Below, piece after piece: positions 26,955-37,148 of a stretch of DNA of 64,000 nucleotides. The translations under genes were made by a program, and so were the position numbers. The notes beneath the pieces are model-generated. The model was not told the DNA's origin. It made no database searches and saw only the letters and a list, made by a program, of their open reading frames with translations. Source of the stretch: Candidatus Latescibacterota bacterium (GTDB lineage Bacteria; Latescibacterota; UBA2968; GCA-2709665); the NCBI GenBank assembly GCA_965219995.1, contig CBDCOX010000002.1, forward strand, positions 1,632,001 through 1,696,000. The letters run 5' to 3'. The stretch's first letter is position 1. Every line of letters begins with the position of its first letter.

Positions 26955-27710
26955 TTACCTTTCCCCCCAACGATTTCGCAATTCGATGACGGTCAGCATG
27001 GTCATCTCTCCCGTGGGATCGAGTCCGGCGTCCGCCTGGAACTTGCGCAACGCCTCGCGGGTGGCTGCGTTCAGTTCCCCGTCGACCGGTCCAATTTCGT
27101 ATCCCAGTCGATTCAGAATCGTCTGCACCTCGTAGGTATGCTCGGGCCCGGCCGGCATATCGGACGCTTCTTCGGCTTCTTCGGGCTTCTCTTCGACCAC
27201 TGCCGTATCCTCGGAGATCAGCACCCAGCGCAGTAGGCGAATCTCAAAAAAGACGGCCACGGTCGCGATCAACCACAGCAGGCCGAACAGCAGCGCGAAC
27301 CCCCATCGTATCGCCATGTCTCCTTCCGCAACTGCCGCGGGATCGGAGCGATCGAAGACTTCGGGCGCAAGCAGATAGCGCATGCACAGCCAGAGCCCCG
27401 CGTGCACGAACGCGAGGACAACCGGCGTGCGGACCGGCACCCTGAGCGGCGACCTCGCGGGGCGCCAGAACCGGGCGATTGCAAGGGTCCAGAAATCGAC
27501 CAGCATCAGAAACAGGGGCATTTCAGCGAGGAAACCCACGGCCCGGTCAGCCGTACCGGATTCACGCGTCCACGCCCACCAGGCTGCACCCAGAATCGCC
27601 GCCGCCAGCACGATCGATGTCCCTCCGCGAAGCAGGAGAGCGGTTCGCGAACGCCCGGCGTTCGGCTCGGACGAGCCGGGTTCGGGTTGAAGGCGGTTCA
27701 TTGAAAACAC
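26955..27710 (-). CDS. Membrane protein with a C-terminal peptidoglycan-binding domain
   Basis: About 4 hydrophobic segments, then VQTILNRLGY..GPVDG...TREALRKFQADAGL..TG (PG_binding_1-like). Confidence 0.8.
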   Translation of the reverse strand: MFSMNRLQPEPGSSEPNAGRSRTALLLRGGTSIVLAAAILGAAWWAWTRESGTADRAVGFLAEMPLFLMLVDFWTLAIARFWRPARSPLRVPVRTPVVLAFVHAGLWLCMRYLLAPEVFDRSDPAAVAEGDMAIRWGFALLFGLLWLIATVAVFFEIRLLRWVLISEDTAVVEEKPEEAEEASDMPAGPEHTYEVQTILNRLGYEIGPVDGELNAATREALRKFQADAGLDPTGEMTMLTVIELRNRWGER

Positions 27711-27817
27711 TCCGTACCGTGTGTTTTTCCTGTTAATCCTTCCGAGACGCAGTTCACTTGGCTATATTGTAGAGTACGCGACCGCACCGTGTCCAGCAAA
27801 CAATCGAGCCACGAACG

Positions 27818-29944
27818 ATGCGTCCACAATCCGAAATCCTGGCTGTCGAACTGGTTGGCGGCAACCGGGTGGCGTATTATACGCGCGAAGGACGGGAGAC
27901 CCATCCGTTTTCGCCTTGGCTGCTGGTCGAGGCGCCGGAGGACTGCGACAGAGCCGGCCTCTCAGGCGTACGAAAAATCGCTCGCCTCAGAGGCGCGGGT
28001 CAGCTTCGTTATCTGGTCCGATTCCACTCCTGGAACGATTTTCTCGATGCCAGGGGAACACTGTCGGCAGACGGCATCACCCATTTCGACTTCAACAATC
28101 CGGTGAAGCAGCACCTGCTGCTTTCCGGAAACACGCTCTTTCGGGGACTGCGTTACAACGACGCCCATCGCCTGCAGCTGGACATTGAGACCACCGGCCT
28201 CAACCCCGAGGCCCGTGACGCGCGCATCATCCTGGTCGCACTTTCCGACAACCGGAGCTACGAGGAGGTACTCGGCGCCGGGGAGATGTCCGAAGGCGCA
28301 CTCCTCGAAGCCCTCAACCAGCGTATTCGAAGCCGCGATCCCGATATTATCGAAGGCCACAACATATTCGACTTCGACCTCAACTATATCCGGGTCCGAG
28401 CGCGGGCCCTGAACGTCGGTCTACCCTGGGGTCGGGACGGCTCGGAACTGAAAGCCGGGAACGGCACGCGCCGGTACAGGGTCGCCGCCCGCAGCCGCAC
28501 CTTTCGCCCGGCTTTCATTCACGGCCGTCACATCATCGATACCTATCACCAGGTCCAGCGATACGACATCGGCGGTCGTCTGGAGAGCTACGGCCTGAAG
28601 AACGTCGTTCGCGCGCTCGGCCTGGAGCGCGCGGGCCGGGTGTTCGTCGAAGGGGCCGAAATCGGAAAGACGTGGCGGAACAATCCCGGCCGGGTGGCGG
28701 ACTACGCGCTGGACGACGTCCGCGACGTTCGTGCGTTGAGTGAAATGGTCGCCACCACGGAATTCTACCAGACCCAGGTGCTGCCTTACCGGTTTCAGGA
28801 AGCTGCAATTACCGGTCCGGGCGAAAAGATCAACGCCCTGATGATCGGCGCCTATCTCAGACGGGGCCTCGCCATTCCGCGACCTCAGCACTCGGAGCCG
28901 TTCGGGGGCGGATATACCGAACTGTTTGCCTCGGGCATTTTCAACCGGGTTGTCAAGGCCGACGTGGAGAGCCTCTACCCTTCCATCATGCTGAAGTACG
29001 GCATACGACCCGGTTCCGATACGGAAAACGTGTTCCTGCCGATGTTGCAGCGCCTGACCGAACGACGCCTCAAGGCCAAATCCAGCCTGAATGACGCCGA
29101 AACAAATGCGGACCGGTCCTACTGGGACGGCGTACAGGGAAGTTACAAGGTCCTGATCAATTCGTTCTACGGATACCTGGCGTACGGAAGGGCAAATTTC
29201 AATGACTACTCGGCGGCTGCGCGGATTACAACCCACGGCCAGCAGATTGCGCGGCGGCTTGTGACAATGCTCAGCGAAAGGAACGCCAGGCTCATCGAAG
29301 CCGATACCGACGGCGTGTATTTCGTCGTTCCTCCCGGGATCGAGACGGAACGGGACGAGCACGACTTCGTTGACGCACTGTCCGGAGAACTGCCGGAGGG
29401 CATTCACCTTTCCCACGACGGCAGGTTCCAGGGTATGATCAGCCTCAAGGCCAAGAACTACATCCTGATCGACTTCAGCGGACGCCTGATCATCAAGGGC
29501 AGCAGCTTGCGCAGCCGGCGTGACGAGCGCGTATTCCGTGAATTCGTCAGAAAACTCGCACTGCTGTTGATCAACCGGCAGTCCGGCGCCGCGTCTGCCC
29601 TGTATTCGGAATTCGCCGACCGTCTTCAGGCGGGGCAATTCGACCGCGGGGAAATCTGTCGCAGGGAGACCGTTACCGAGAGGACATTCGCGAATCCGAA
29701 CCTGCGCCGGCTGGCCGCTGCCGCACAGGGATGTGAAACAGGAGAAAGGATTGCCGTCTATCAGAGAAATGACGGCAGCCTCGCGCGAATCGAAAACTAC
29801 GCGAATGACGAAGACAGGGGCTATCTGCTGCGACGACTGCACGATATGGCCGGGCGCTTCCGGGGCCTCTTCGGCGAGTTCGAATTCGATCGGCTCTTTC
29901 CACTCCGGAAGCGATCCGCGGGAGAGCAGCTCAGCCTGTTTTAG
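27818..29944 (+). CDS. polB: Family B DNA polymerase with 3'-5' exonuclease
   Basis: DIETTG (ExoI), GHNIFDFD (ExoII), YALDD (ExoIII), DVESLYPS, KVLINSFYG, ADTDG and KAKNY motifs. Confidence 0.92.
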   Translation: MRPQSEILAVELVGGNRVAYYTREGRETHPFSPWLLVEAPEDCDRAGLSGVRKIARLRGAGQLRYLVRFHSWNDFLDARGTLSADGITHFDFNNPVKQHLLLSGNTLFRGLRYNDAHRLQLDIETTGLNPEARDARIILVALSDNRSYEEVLGAGEMSEGALLEALNQRIRSRDPDIIEGHNIFDFDLNYIRVRARALNVGLPWGRDGSELKAGNGTRRYRVAARSRTFRPAFIHGRHIIDTYHQVQRYDIGGRLESYGLKNVVRALGLERAGRVFVEGAEIGKTWRNNPGRVADYALDDVRDVRALSEMVATTEFYQTQVLPYRFQEAAITGPGEKINALMIGAYLRRGLAIPRPQHSEPFGGGYTELFASGIFNRVVKADVESLYPSIMLKYGIRPGSDTENVFLPMLQRLTERRLKAKSSLNDAETNADRSYWDGVQGSYKVLINSFYGYLAYGRANFNDYSAAARITTHGQQIARRLVTMLSERNARLIEADTDGVYFVVPPGIETERDEHDFVDALSGELPEGIHLSHDGRFQGMISLKAKNYILIDFSGRLIIKGSSLRSRRDERVFREFVRKLALLLINRQSGAASALYSEFADRLQAGQFDRGEICRRETVTERTFANPNLRRLAAAAQGCETGERIAVYQRNDGSLARIENYANDEDRGYLLRRLHDMAGRFRGLFGEFEFDRLFPLRKRSAGEQLSLF

Positions 29945-31319
29945 GGGTTCCTCTCAGGACCTTTCCGCAATTCTCCAGTCGATTCTTCCCCTCTCGCAGG
30001 CTTCCAACGTGCATCCACAGGACCAATGCCAGCAGACATCCAGAGATTGCGGGTACAAGCGCCGTCAGCGCGGCGCCGTGGAAATGGTGCGCCAGAATTC
30101 CGGCGCCCGTTCCCGCCGCGACCAGAACCACCATCCAAACCACCGCTCGACCCTGCCTGTGGGCGGCGAGCAGGGCGGTATGCGCCAGGCCGCACAACAC
30201 GAAAGGCGGCACGCACCAGACCAGCAGCCTTGCGAACGGCACCGATGGCGTATAAGCCTGACCCAGAAACCAGGATACCGCCGGCCCGAGCATCACGTGA
30301 ACGACGGCTGAAACGGCGACGGCAAGGCCCGTCAGCGTCACCGCGGACCGGGCGGCGAGTTTCAGGAACGCCTGCCGATCGGAAAGCCGGGTGCTCAGGG
30401 CGGGCAAGACGGCCTCGAAACTCGCTCCGATCAGGATGAGCAGCGCCGCCGCCAGCCGGTACCCGACGGCCAGATACCCGGCTTCGACGCCGCCGCCGGT
30501 CTGATTATACATCGTGAGGTAATTCAGATTCAACAGATTGATGAGGAAAACCACCGCGGGCAGGTGTTTCAATCCGTCAACGAACCGGCGCCGATTGAAT
30601 CCGGCGCGAAGAAACGGACCGACTTCACACCCCGTCCGCCGGACAGATACGAACCCCGCCCCAAAATACAATGCGCGACAGACCAGATAGCACAACCCCA
30701 CGCCCACAAGATCCCAACCCGCCATCATCGCGCCGATCCCGCCTGCCAGCAGCAGGACGTTGGCTCCGAGCATAAGCACGGCGCAGGTCGCGGATCTCTG
30801 CAAGCCCTTAAACACCGCGACGAGCCCGTCCCCCATGCTCATCAACACCGTCGATCCGCCCACAAGGAGTACGGCCAGCGTCACATCCGGTCCGGTATCG
30901 AATGCACGTGTGGCCGCCAGCATCACCGCCAGCACCGGGATCGCCAGCGCCAGCTTGAACGACAGGGCCTCCGAACACGCGATCCGACCCTCTGCCAGAC
31001 TCGCGGCCGAGGCCTTGATAACCCGGTTGTTCGATCCCGCATCCAGGAGTGGAACGAAAAAAGCGGTCAGACCAACGACAAAGACGTAGTCGGCCAGCCC
31101 GCTTTCCCCGAGAAGGCGCGCGACACCCACCAGAAGCAGCATCCCGCCAAGCAGGTGGGCGCCTTTCTCCACTGTGATAAAGATCGCGTTTTCCGAAACC
31201 CGCGCCAACGTCCCCTCCCATGCCACCAGAAACACGAAAAGCAGGTCCATGCCTGCTTTTCGTGTCATTGACCCGTGTGAAAATCCCTCACAGTTCATAT
31301 CCGAGACGGTCGTCCACAC
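29931..31319 (-). CDS. Wzx/MATE-like oligosaccharide flippase
   Basis: About 12 hydrophobic helices and ARLLG, DAG, EAGYLAVGYRL, LPALS motifs. Start uncertain. Confidence 0.7.
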   Translation of the reverse strand: MWTTVSDMNCEGFSHGSMTRKAGMDLLFVFLVAWEGTLARVSENAIFITVEKGAHLLGGMLLLVGVARLLGESGLADYVFVVGLTAFFVPLLDAGSNNRVIKASAASLAEGRIACSEALSFKLALAIPVLAVMLAATRAFDTGPDVTLAVLLVGGSTVLMSMGDGLVAVFKGLQRSATCAVLMLGANVLLLAGGIGAMMAGWDLVGVGLCYLVCRALYFGAGFVSVRRTGCEVGPFLRAGFNRRRFVDGLKHLPAVVFLINLLNLNYLTMYNQTGGGVEAGYLAVGYRLAAALLILIGASFEAVLPALSTRLSDRQAFLKLAARSAVTLTGLAVAVSAVVHVMLGPAVSWFLGQAYTPSVPFARLLVWCVPPFVLCGLAHTALLAAHRQGRAVVWMVVLVAAGTGAGILAHHFHGAALTALVPAISGCLLALVLWMHVGSLREGKNRLENCGKVLRGTPKTG

Positions 31320-32007
31320 GTATCGTTACGGTATCCGGTTCGCTGGTGATTGCGCCTTCCGCAATGAGGACATCGTCACGGACGCGCAATTCAAAAACAA
31401 AGTCGGCGGGAGCGACGGCCCGGAAGACGGGCATGGGGTTCGCTGCGTCGAAATCGACCCCGGGGCCGTCCAACTGTGTCCACATATACCGGAGCGGGTC
31501 CCGTTCCGGGTCCGAACTGCCGGCGCCGTCCAGTGCCACCTGGAGTCCGCTCGAATAGGCGATGGTGCGATCCATTCCCGCATCCGCGACGGGCGGACCC
31601 TGGGTGACGTGAATTTCTACCATCCCTTCCGTTTTGGTGCCGGATTTCCCGTCGTCCACCTCAACCTTGAGTGTATAGACGCCCACCGCTACCGGCGCGA
31701 TCCAGACGACAGTCACAGAATCCTGAAAAAGCCCCCTCAATGAATCCAGCTTGCTTTCGTCGAAGAGGCCGCCCTCCTCCTTTTTGAGGTCGGTCCAGAG
31801 ATAGTCCAGCTCGTCGTTGTCCGCGTCGTTCGTGAAAAGCGTAATCTTGACCTCGCTTCCCCGCCCTACGGATGGGTGGTCGTCCTGGTCGGTGGTAAGC
31901 GCCACAATCTGAGGCTGTTCCTGTCTGTCCAGGAGGCCGCATCCCGAAAGAGCAACCAGGCTTGCCAACGCCAGTGTCCAGCGCACGATATCCCTCAGAT
32001 TATTCAT
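31288..32007 (-). CDS. Lipoprotein with Ig-like/PKD domains
   Basis: Lipobox LSG-C, DADNDEL.Y.W, and PVADAG.D...LDGAGSSDPE..PLRY.WTQ.DG motifs. Confidence 0.8.
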   Translation of the reverse strand: MNNLRDIVRWTLALASLVALSGCGLLDRQEQPQIVALTTDQDDHPSVGRGSEVKITLFTNDADNDELDYLWTDLKKEEGGLFDESKLDSLRGLFQDSVTVVWIAPVAVGVYTLKVEVDDGKSGTKTEGMVEIHVTQGPPVADAGMDRTIAYSSGLQVALDGAGSSDPERDPLRYMWTQLDGPGVDFDAANPMPVFRAVAPADFVFELRVRDDVLIAEGAITSEPDTVTIRVDDRLGYEL

Positions 32008-32218
32008 GACGGACGAGACAACCCCATTGACCGGGTTCACCGGGGTTTTCAACGAGACTGTGTCAGGAAGGGAATGGAACACCAGTTCTAACTCTCTGGC
32101 CGCAACGGAGTTCCATCAAACGGTCGGAGCAACCGCGTAAGCCGGCGCCGAAACGGTTACGGCGCCGGAGAACATGGGCGGAACGGGCGCTGAACCTCGC
32201 TCCCGGATGCGGGGAAAC

Positions 32219-32851
32219 TCAGTCGCTTTCCTTTAGCAGCATCTTCAGGTCCGGGAGCAGTTTCTTCGCGAGGACCGGGTCGGTCCCGTCGTAATAGGCC
32301 CGAACCCGCCCCTTTCTGTCCACCAGCGCAAAGCGCAGGCTGTGCATGATCTGGTCCGTGCCTTCTTCCACCCCTCCCACGGCCAGTTGAAAGCCTTCGC
32401 GTATGACGGCGTACACCCGGGGTTTCTCACCCGTCAGAAACAGCCACCGATCCTCGTGGGCGAGATAACGGTCCGCGTACTCGGAAAGCACGGGGGGGGT
32501 ATCCCGTTCCGGATCCACCGAAAAAGACACCAGCCGGGCGTCCTCGTATTTCCTCAGCGGCGCTTGTAACGCCTGCATATTGGCCGACAGCAGCGGGCAC
32601 GGACCCGCGCAATGAGTGAAGATGAAATCCGCAACCCAGACCCGGCCAAGCAGATCCGATAGGCCCATTCCCCTGCCGCTGCGTTCCAGGAGTGAAAACT
32701 CCGGGACGTGGCTCAGAACCGGCAGACGTTGCGAATGCGCCCGTATGGCCTTTACTTCACGCAGGAAAAGAAACGCGCCCACGGTCAGCATCAAAAGAGT
32801 CGCTCCAGCCAGCACCAGCCAGAAAACACGAATCTGTCGGGGTACGCCCAT
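32219..32851 (-). CDS. SCO family copper chaperone
   Basis: FIFTHCAGPC (CxxxC), SVDPERDTP and IMHS motifs with an N-terminal TM helix. Confidence 0.92.
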   Translation of the reverse strand: MGVPRQIRVFWLVLAGATLLMLTVGAFLFLREVKAIRAHSQRLPVLSHVPEFSLLERSGRGMGLSDLLGRVWVADFIFTHCAGPCPLLSANMQALQAPLRKYEDARLVSFSVDPERDTPPVLSEYADRYLAHEDRWLFLTGEKPRVYAVIREGFQLAVGGVEEGTDQIMHSLRFALVDRKGRVRAYYDGTDPVLAKKLLPDLKMLLKESD

Positions 32852-32856
32852 CGGTT

Positions 32857-33666
32857 TTATCGCGCTCCTTCCCGTCGTCTGATCACAGCCAGGGAAATGC
32901 TCAACGTCAACAGGACAAACAGACACGTCACCAGAAGGCATGTTTCCGGCGACGGAACCCGTCCCGTCAGTTCTGGCGCGTCGAGATACAGCGCGTGCCG
33001 GACACCTGCGACGCCGTACGTCAACGGATTGATCCTCATCACCCACGCGAGCCATTCAGGCACGCCGGAAAGCGGAAACAATGCCCCGGAAAGCGCCCAC
33101 ATCGGCAACAGGAAGAGGTTCATAATGGCATGGAAACCGGCCGTGGACGCCATTCGCCACGCAATTGCGAAACCCAGGCCCGTCAGCGCCAGGCCCACCA
33201 GAAACAGAAATGCCACCGTTGCGACGAGAGAAACAGGGCTGACCGGAATGTCCAGCTGGAATACGAACAAAAGGAACACCGTCCCTTCCAGCACCGCCAG
33301 CGTCGTCCCCCCCAGCACCTTGCCGATGACCACACCGCTCCTGGAAACCGGAGCGACCAGCACGGATTGCATGAACCCCTCTCTCCGGTCCTCAACCACC
33401 GAAATTGTGGAGAAGATGGCCGTAAAGAGCAAGACCATCAACAGAGCGCCGGGATAGATGTATTCCAGGTAACTCATCGTGCCGGCCATTCCGGCGGGCG
33501 CGAATGACGCGCTCATTCCAATGCCCAGCAGCAGCCAGAACACAAATGGCTGCAGGATCGCGCCAAGCAGCCGGTGCCGGTCCCTGACGAATCGCACGAG
33601 TTCCCGCCGCCACAGCGTGGCAGCCGGCAGGAAAAACCCTTCACCGTGCCTCACCTCACCCGGCAT
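32857..33666 (-). CDS. ABC-2 type transporter permease
   Basis: DRREGF..VLVAPVSR...GKVLGG, LSGALFP and NPLTYGV motifs. Confidence 0.9.
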   Translation of the reverse strand: MPGEVRHGEGFFLPAATLWRRELVRFVRDRHRLLGAILQPFVFWLLLGIGMSASFAPAGMAGTMSYLEYIYPGALLMVLLFTAIFSTISVVEDRREGFMQSVLVAPVSRSGVVIGKVLGGTTLAVLEGTVFLLFVFQLDIPVSPVSLVATVAFLFLVGLALTGLGFAIAWRMASTAGFHAIMNLFLLPMWALSGALFPLSGVPEWLAWVMRINPLTYGVAGVRHALYLDAPELTGRVPSPETCLLVTCLFVLLTLSISLAVIRRREGAR

Positions 33667-34597
33667 TGCCGCCCTCCATCGCCGCGAACGGACGCCCCGT
33701 CTCCCGGATGAACACGTCCTCCAGCGTGGGCCTTCCCAGTCTGATTGCGGAAATTCGTTCCCGGAAGCCGGCGTACAGTGACGCCATCATTGCCTGCCCG
33801 TCCTCGCACTCAATCCGCAACGTACCGTCGACAAGCACGGTGGAAACGCTCGCCTGGGCTTCGATCTCGGCTCTGAGCGCCTCCGTATCTTCGGCTTCGA
33901 TCACCAGCACGTCCTTGTTCATCGAACGCTTCAGCGCCTCCGGCGCGCCCTCCGCGACAAGCCGCCCCCGATCCAGAATGCCCACGCGGTCGCACCGCTC
34001 CGCTTCCTCGATGAAATGCGTGGTCAACAGCACGGTGACGCCCCGCTCCCCCCGTAGCCTCCGGAGATCGTCCCACATTGCCCGTCGCGCCAGCGGGTCC
34101 AATCCACTGGAGGGTTCGTCGAACAACAGCAACTCCGGTCGGTGCAACAGTCCCCTCGCCAGATCCACCCGCCTCCGAAGTCCGCCGGAAAGGTCCTCGG
34201 TCCGGTCGTCCCTGCGATCCGCCAGGCGGACCGTACGGAGCACCGATTCAATCCGCTCCTGGAGGCTTCGTCCTCGCAGGCCATAAAGATGTCCCTGGTG
34301 GCGCAGGTTCTCGAAGGCCGTCAGCTTGAGGTCCAGGCTGGCATGTTGAAACACGACCCCGATGCGCGCCCGTATTCCCGCCGCATCCTGCAGCGGATCG
34401 CGTCCCAATATTCGTACTGTCCCGCCGGTGGGTTCGAGAAGGGTGGTAAGGATGCGGAAGAGCGTCGTCTTCCCGCCGCCGTTCGGGCCGAGCATGCCAT
34501 AGACTTCCCCCTTCTCTATTCGAAGATCGATCCCGTCCAGCGCAATCCGATCACCGTAACGATGGCGCAACCCGGAAACGGTTATGGCAGCCGACAC
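33656..34597 (-). CDS. ABC transporter ATP-binding protein
   Basis: GPNGGGKT, LSGG, LLFDEP and TTH motifs. Confidence 0.95.
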   Translation of the reverse strand: MSAAITVSGLRHRYGDRIALDGIDLRIEKGEVYGMLGPNGGGKTTLFRILTTLLEPTGGTVRILGRDPLQDAAGIRARIGVVFQHASLDLKLTAFENLRHQGHLYGLRGRSLQERIESVLRTVRLADRRDDRTEDLSGGLRRRVDLARGLLHRPELLLFDEPSSGLDPLARRAMWDDLRRLRGERGVTVLLTTHFIEEAERCDRVGILDRGRLVAEGAPEALKRSMNKDVLVIEAEDTEALRAEIEAQASVSTVLVDGTLRIECEDGQAMMASLYAGFRERISAIRLGRPTLEDVFIRETGRPFAAMEGGNAG

Positions 34598-34694
34598 TGA
34601 GACTCCTTACCGGAAATCGTTAACTTCCGAAAAGAGAAAGGTGATAGGCTACCCCTATCACCCGGAACGACGTGGCTTGTATAGCCCCATCACA

Positions 34695-35600
34695 TTACAG
34701 GAACGTATCGAACAGCAGGGCGATCCAGAGCAGAGGCAGATAAACAAGCGTCGTGCGCAGCAGCCGTCTCGCGTTCTGCTCAGACCGGGTACCGGCAAAC
34801 ATAATTACGGCATACAGGAGACAGAGTCCCGCGGCCGCTGCCGCGGCGGCATAAACCGCACCACAAAGACCCGCAAGGTACGGAAGCACGGAACAGGCCA
34901 GCAGGACCGCGCTGTAGACGGCGATCTGACCGGCCGTTCGCCGGCCGGCCGGATCGCCCGCGGAAATCATCTTGAATCCGCCGCGCACGTAGTCCTCCCT
35001 GTAGATCCAGGCGATGGAGAAAAAGTGCGGGAACTGCCAGAAAAACACGATACCGAACAGCATCCACGCGCCGCTGCCGATCTCTCCCTGCGCCGCGGCC
35101 CAGCCGCCCATAGGCGGCAACGCCCCCGCGACGGCGCCAACGGCGGTGTTGTGCGTGGACACCCGCTTGAGCGGCGTATACGCGAAAAGATAGATAACCG
35201 AGGTCAACGCGGCCAGAAAGCCGGCAAGCCAGTTGATCTGCAGCCCCATATAGAGGACGCCGGTTCCGGACAGCAGAAGACCGAACAGATAGGCTTCTTC
35301 CGGATAAAGGCGGCCGGCAGGCAGGGGCCTGCTCGCCGTACGCTCCATACGGGAATCCAACTTCCGTTCCAGGAACTGGTTCAGCACCGCCGATCCGCTT
35401 GCGATCAGGACCGTCGCCAACAGTGTATGCAGAAGCCGGGAAACCTCGAAAACACCGGCCGCACCCATAACGAACCCAACCGTTGTGCTCAAGACGACGA
35501 AAACGGTGATTTTGGGCTTGGTAAGGGTCAGATAATCCATCAGACGCGCCCACGACAGAGCCGGACTCGCCGCCCCGGTTTCAACCTGCGGTTTCATCAA
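34695..35600 (-). CDS. ctaB: Heme o synthase (protoheme IX farnesyltransferase)
   Basis: LTKPKI, D.RMERTASRPLPAG, YTPLKR and WQFPHF motifs. Confidence 0.95.
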   Translation of the reverse strand: MMKPQVETGAASPALSWARLMDYLTLTKPKITVFVVLSTTVGFVMGAAGVFEVSRLLHTLLATVLIASGSAVLNQFLERKLDSRMERTASRPLPAGRLYPEEAYLFGLLLSGTGVLYMGLQINWLAGFLAALTSVIYLFAYTPLKRVSTHNTAVGAVAGALPPMGGWAAAQGEIGSGAWMLFGIVFFWQFPHFFSIAWIYREDYVRGGFKMISAGDPAGRRTAGQIAVYSAVLLACSVLPYLAGLCGAVYAAAAAAAGLCLLYAVIMFAGTRSEQNARRLLRTTLVYLPLLWIALLFDTFL

Positions 35601-36653
35601 TCAAGGACCTCCAGCACCTCTGCGGTCAGCATGTAATGATGCGATCCCGGAATTACGCGCGGCATCCATCCGCAAAACGCGAAGCGTCAGCACCAGGCTG
35701 GTTCCCAGCACCGCGGCGCCCACGACCACGTGCAACGTCGTGATTGCGACCGCCTTGCCGGTCCAGATCACCAGGGCGCCCAGCGCGAGTTGAACAAGAA
35801 GCAGCGCCAGCAACCCCACGGAGGGCTTCGTCAGTTCGGATCGGGTCCCGTGGGCGCGCAGGACACGGTACGCGGTCCAGACCAGAACAACGGACACGAC
35901 GACTGCCCACGCCCGATGGGCAAAGTGAACGGCAACCCGGGTCCGGAACGTGTCGATCGAGATTGGAAACGGGTCCGTTGCATCGACAGTCAATTCCGAG
36001 AAGGGTGGAATCACGCGTCCGAAGGAAAGCGGAAAATCGGGAATGGCCAGGCCGGATTCGGTATGCCGCATCAGCGCGCCGAGGATCAACTGAATGAAAA
36101 CCACCACCGTGCCGGCCGCGGCCAGCCATTTCAACGGCACCCCGCCCGTCTCCGGCAATGGCTCTGCGGCCCCCTGCCAACCCGCAGACGTGAACAGCGC
36201 GATGCCCACCGTCAGACAGAAGAAGGCCTGCGCCAGGCAGGCGTGGCTTACCGAGATCCACGTGGGCAGGAGATAGAGCACCGTCAGGCCGCCCAGCATC
36301 CCCTGCAGGACAATCGCGGCCAGGGCCGCCGCACCCAGATTCCGCAACCAGCGCCGTTCTTCCCGGCGCCACAGCCAGATGGCGAGAACCGTGGTCAGCA
36401 CCCCCACGAACGCCGCCACCATCCGATGGCCGTGTTCGTAGAATATTCCGCCGACCATGGGCGGAAATACCATACCGTAGGATAGCGGCCAGTCCGGAAC
36501 CGCCAGTCCCGAACCCGTGCTGCTGACCATCGCGCCGGCGAAAATTAAAAAAAGGGTCGCGCCGGCCGTGAACACGGAAAAACGGTGCAACCAGCGATAC
36601 CCCTGAGACATTGCGATATCCACTTCCGTCCGGCCTGCCCGCCAACCCTGCAC
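35601..36653 (-). CDS. ctaA: Heme a synthase
   Basis: GSGLAVPDWP, EHGHR, QGMLGGLTV, HFAHR and LHVVVG motifs. Start uncertain. Confidence 0.88.
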   Translation of the reverse strand: MQGWRAGRTEVDIAMSQGYRWLHRFSVFTAGATLFLIFAGAMVSSTGSGLAVPDWPLSYGMVFPPMVGGIFYEHGHRMVAAFVGVLTTVLAIWLWRREERRWLRNLGAAALAAIVLQGMLGGLTVLYLLPTWISVSHACLAQAFFCLTVGIALFTSAGWQGAAEPLPETGGVPLKWLAAAGTVVVFIQLILGALMRHTESGLAIPDFPLSFGRVIPPFSELTVDATDPFPISIDTFRTRVAVHFAHRAWAVVVSVVLVWTAYRVLRAHGTRSELTKPSVGLLALLLVQLALGALVIWTGKAVAITTLHVVVGAAVLGTSLVLTLRVLRMDAARNSGIASLHADRRGAGGP

Positions 36654-36659
36654 GGACTG

Positions 36660-36932
36660 CTATTCCGCGTCGGCGGCAAGCCATTTGCCGTTCATGCCGA
36701 GAATCCCCGGTTGTTGTTTTGAATGACGTCGCGCGCGGCGCATCCAGAAGATCGCCACACCTGCAATACCCACCAGCACGGACACGACAATACCCATGAG
36801 CACCAGAACCCCGGCCGCCGCGCCCTTTGCCATATCCGATTCCGGATTCCCGTAACACACGGCGCAAGCCTGAAGGGTCCCGGGAATCAACAGCGTCCCG
36901 GTCACGGCCGCTGCAAACCAATCACGCCTCAC
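36660..36932 (-). CDS. Small membrane protein with CxxC (oxidase-cluster accessory protein)
   Basis: ACAVCYG followed by a TM helix. The GTG start overlaps the upstream TGA. Confidence 0.65.
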   Translation of the reverse strand: MRRDWFAAAVTGTLLIPGTLQACAVCYGNPESDMAKGAAAGVLVLMGIVVSVLVGIAGVAIFWMRRARRHSKQQPGILGMNGKWLAADAE

Positions 36933-37135
36933 AGATAACTCCATCCCTTGAGCTTCTTCAGAAACCAGAGGCCGTACCAGACCAGGACGACGCACCCCGC
37001 AAATGAACCGACGCCAAGCACGAGATTCGTCCCGTTGCCGGTTGCGGCGTAATCCTGAATCGCCCAGATTCCGAAACCCAGGCAGCAGAGTATGGACACA
37101 ATGACAAAGACCACGTGGAATGCCTTGAGAGACAT
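36929..37135 (-). CDS. Small 2-TM membrane protein (oxidase cluster)
   Basis: MSLKAFHVVFV..., 68 aa, in the operon with a GGAG RBS. Confidence 0.7.
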   Translation of the reverse strand: MSLKAFHVVFVIVSILCCLGFGIWAIQDYAATGNGTNLVLGVGSFAGCVVLVWYGLWFLKKLKGWSYL

Positions 37136-37148
37136 CGCGTTCTCCGGT

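Noticed and set aside
26640-27135. Integron integrase expected next to the attI-like site
   Set aside because: No tyrosine-recombinase motifs are present. The 129-aa + ORF is largely translated REP-like repeat (LRQAQG) and antisense overlap.
27818-29944. PolB as a casposon or pipolin marker
   Set aside because: There is no Cas1, integrase or terminal repeat. The gene has a clamp-binding motif and core-like neighbours.
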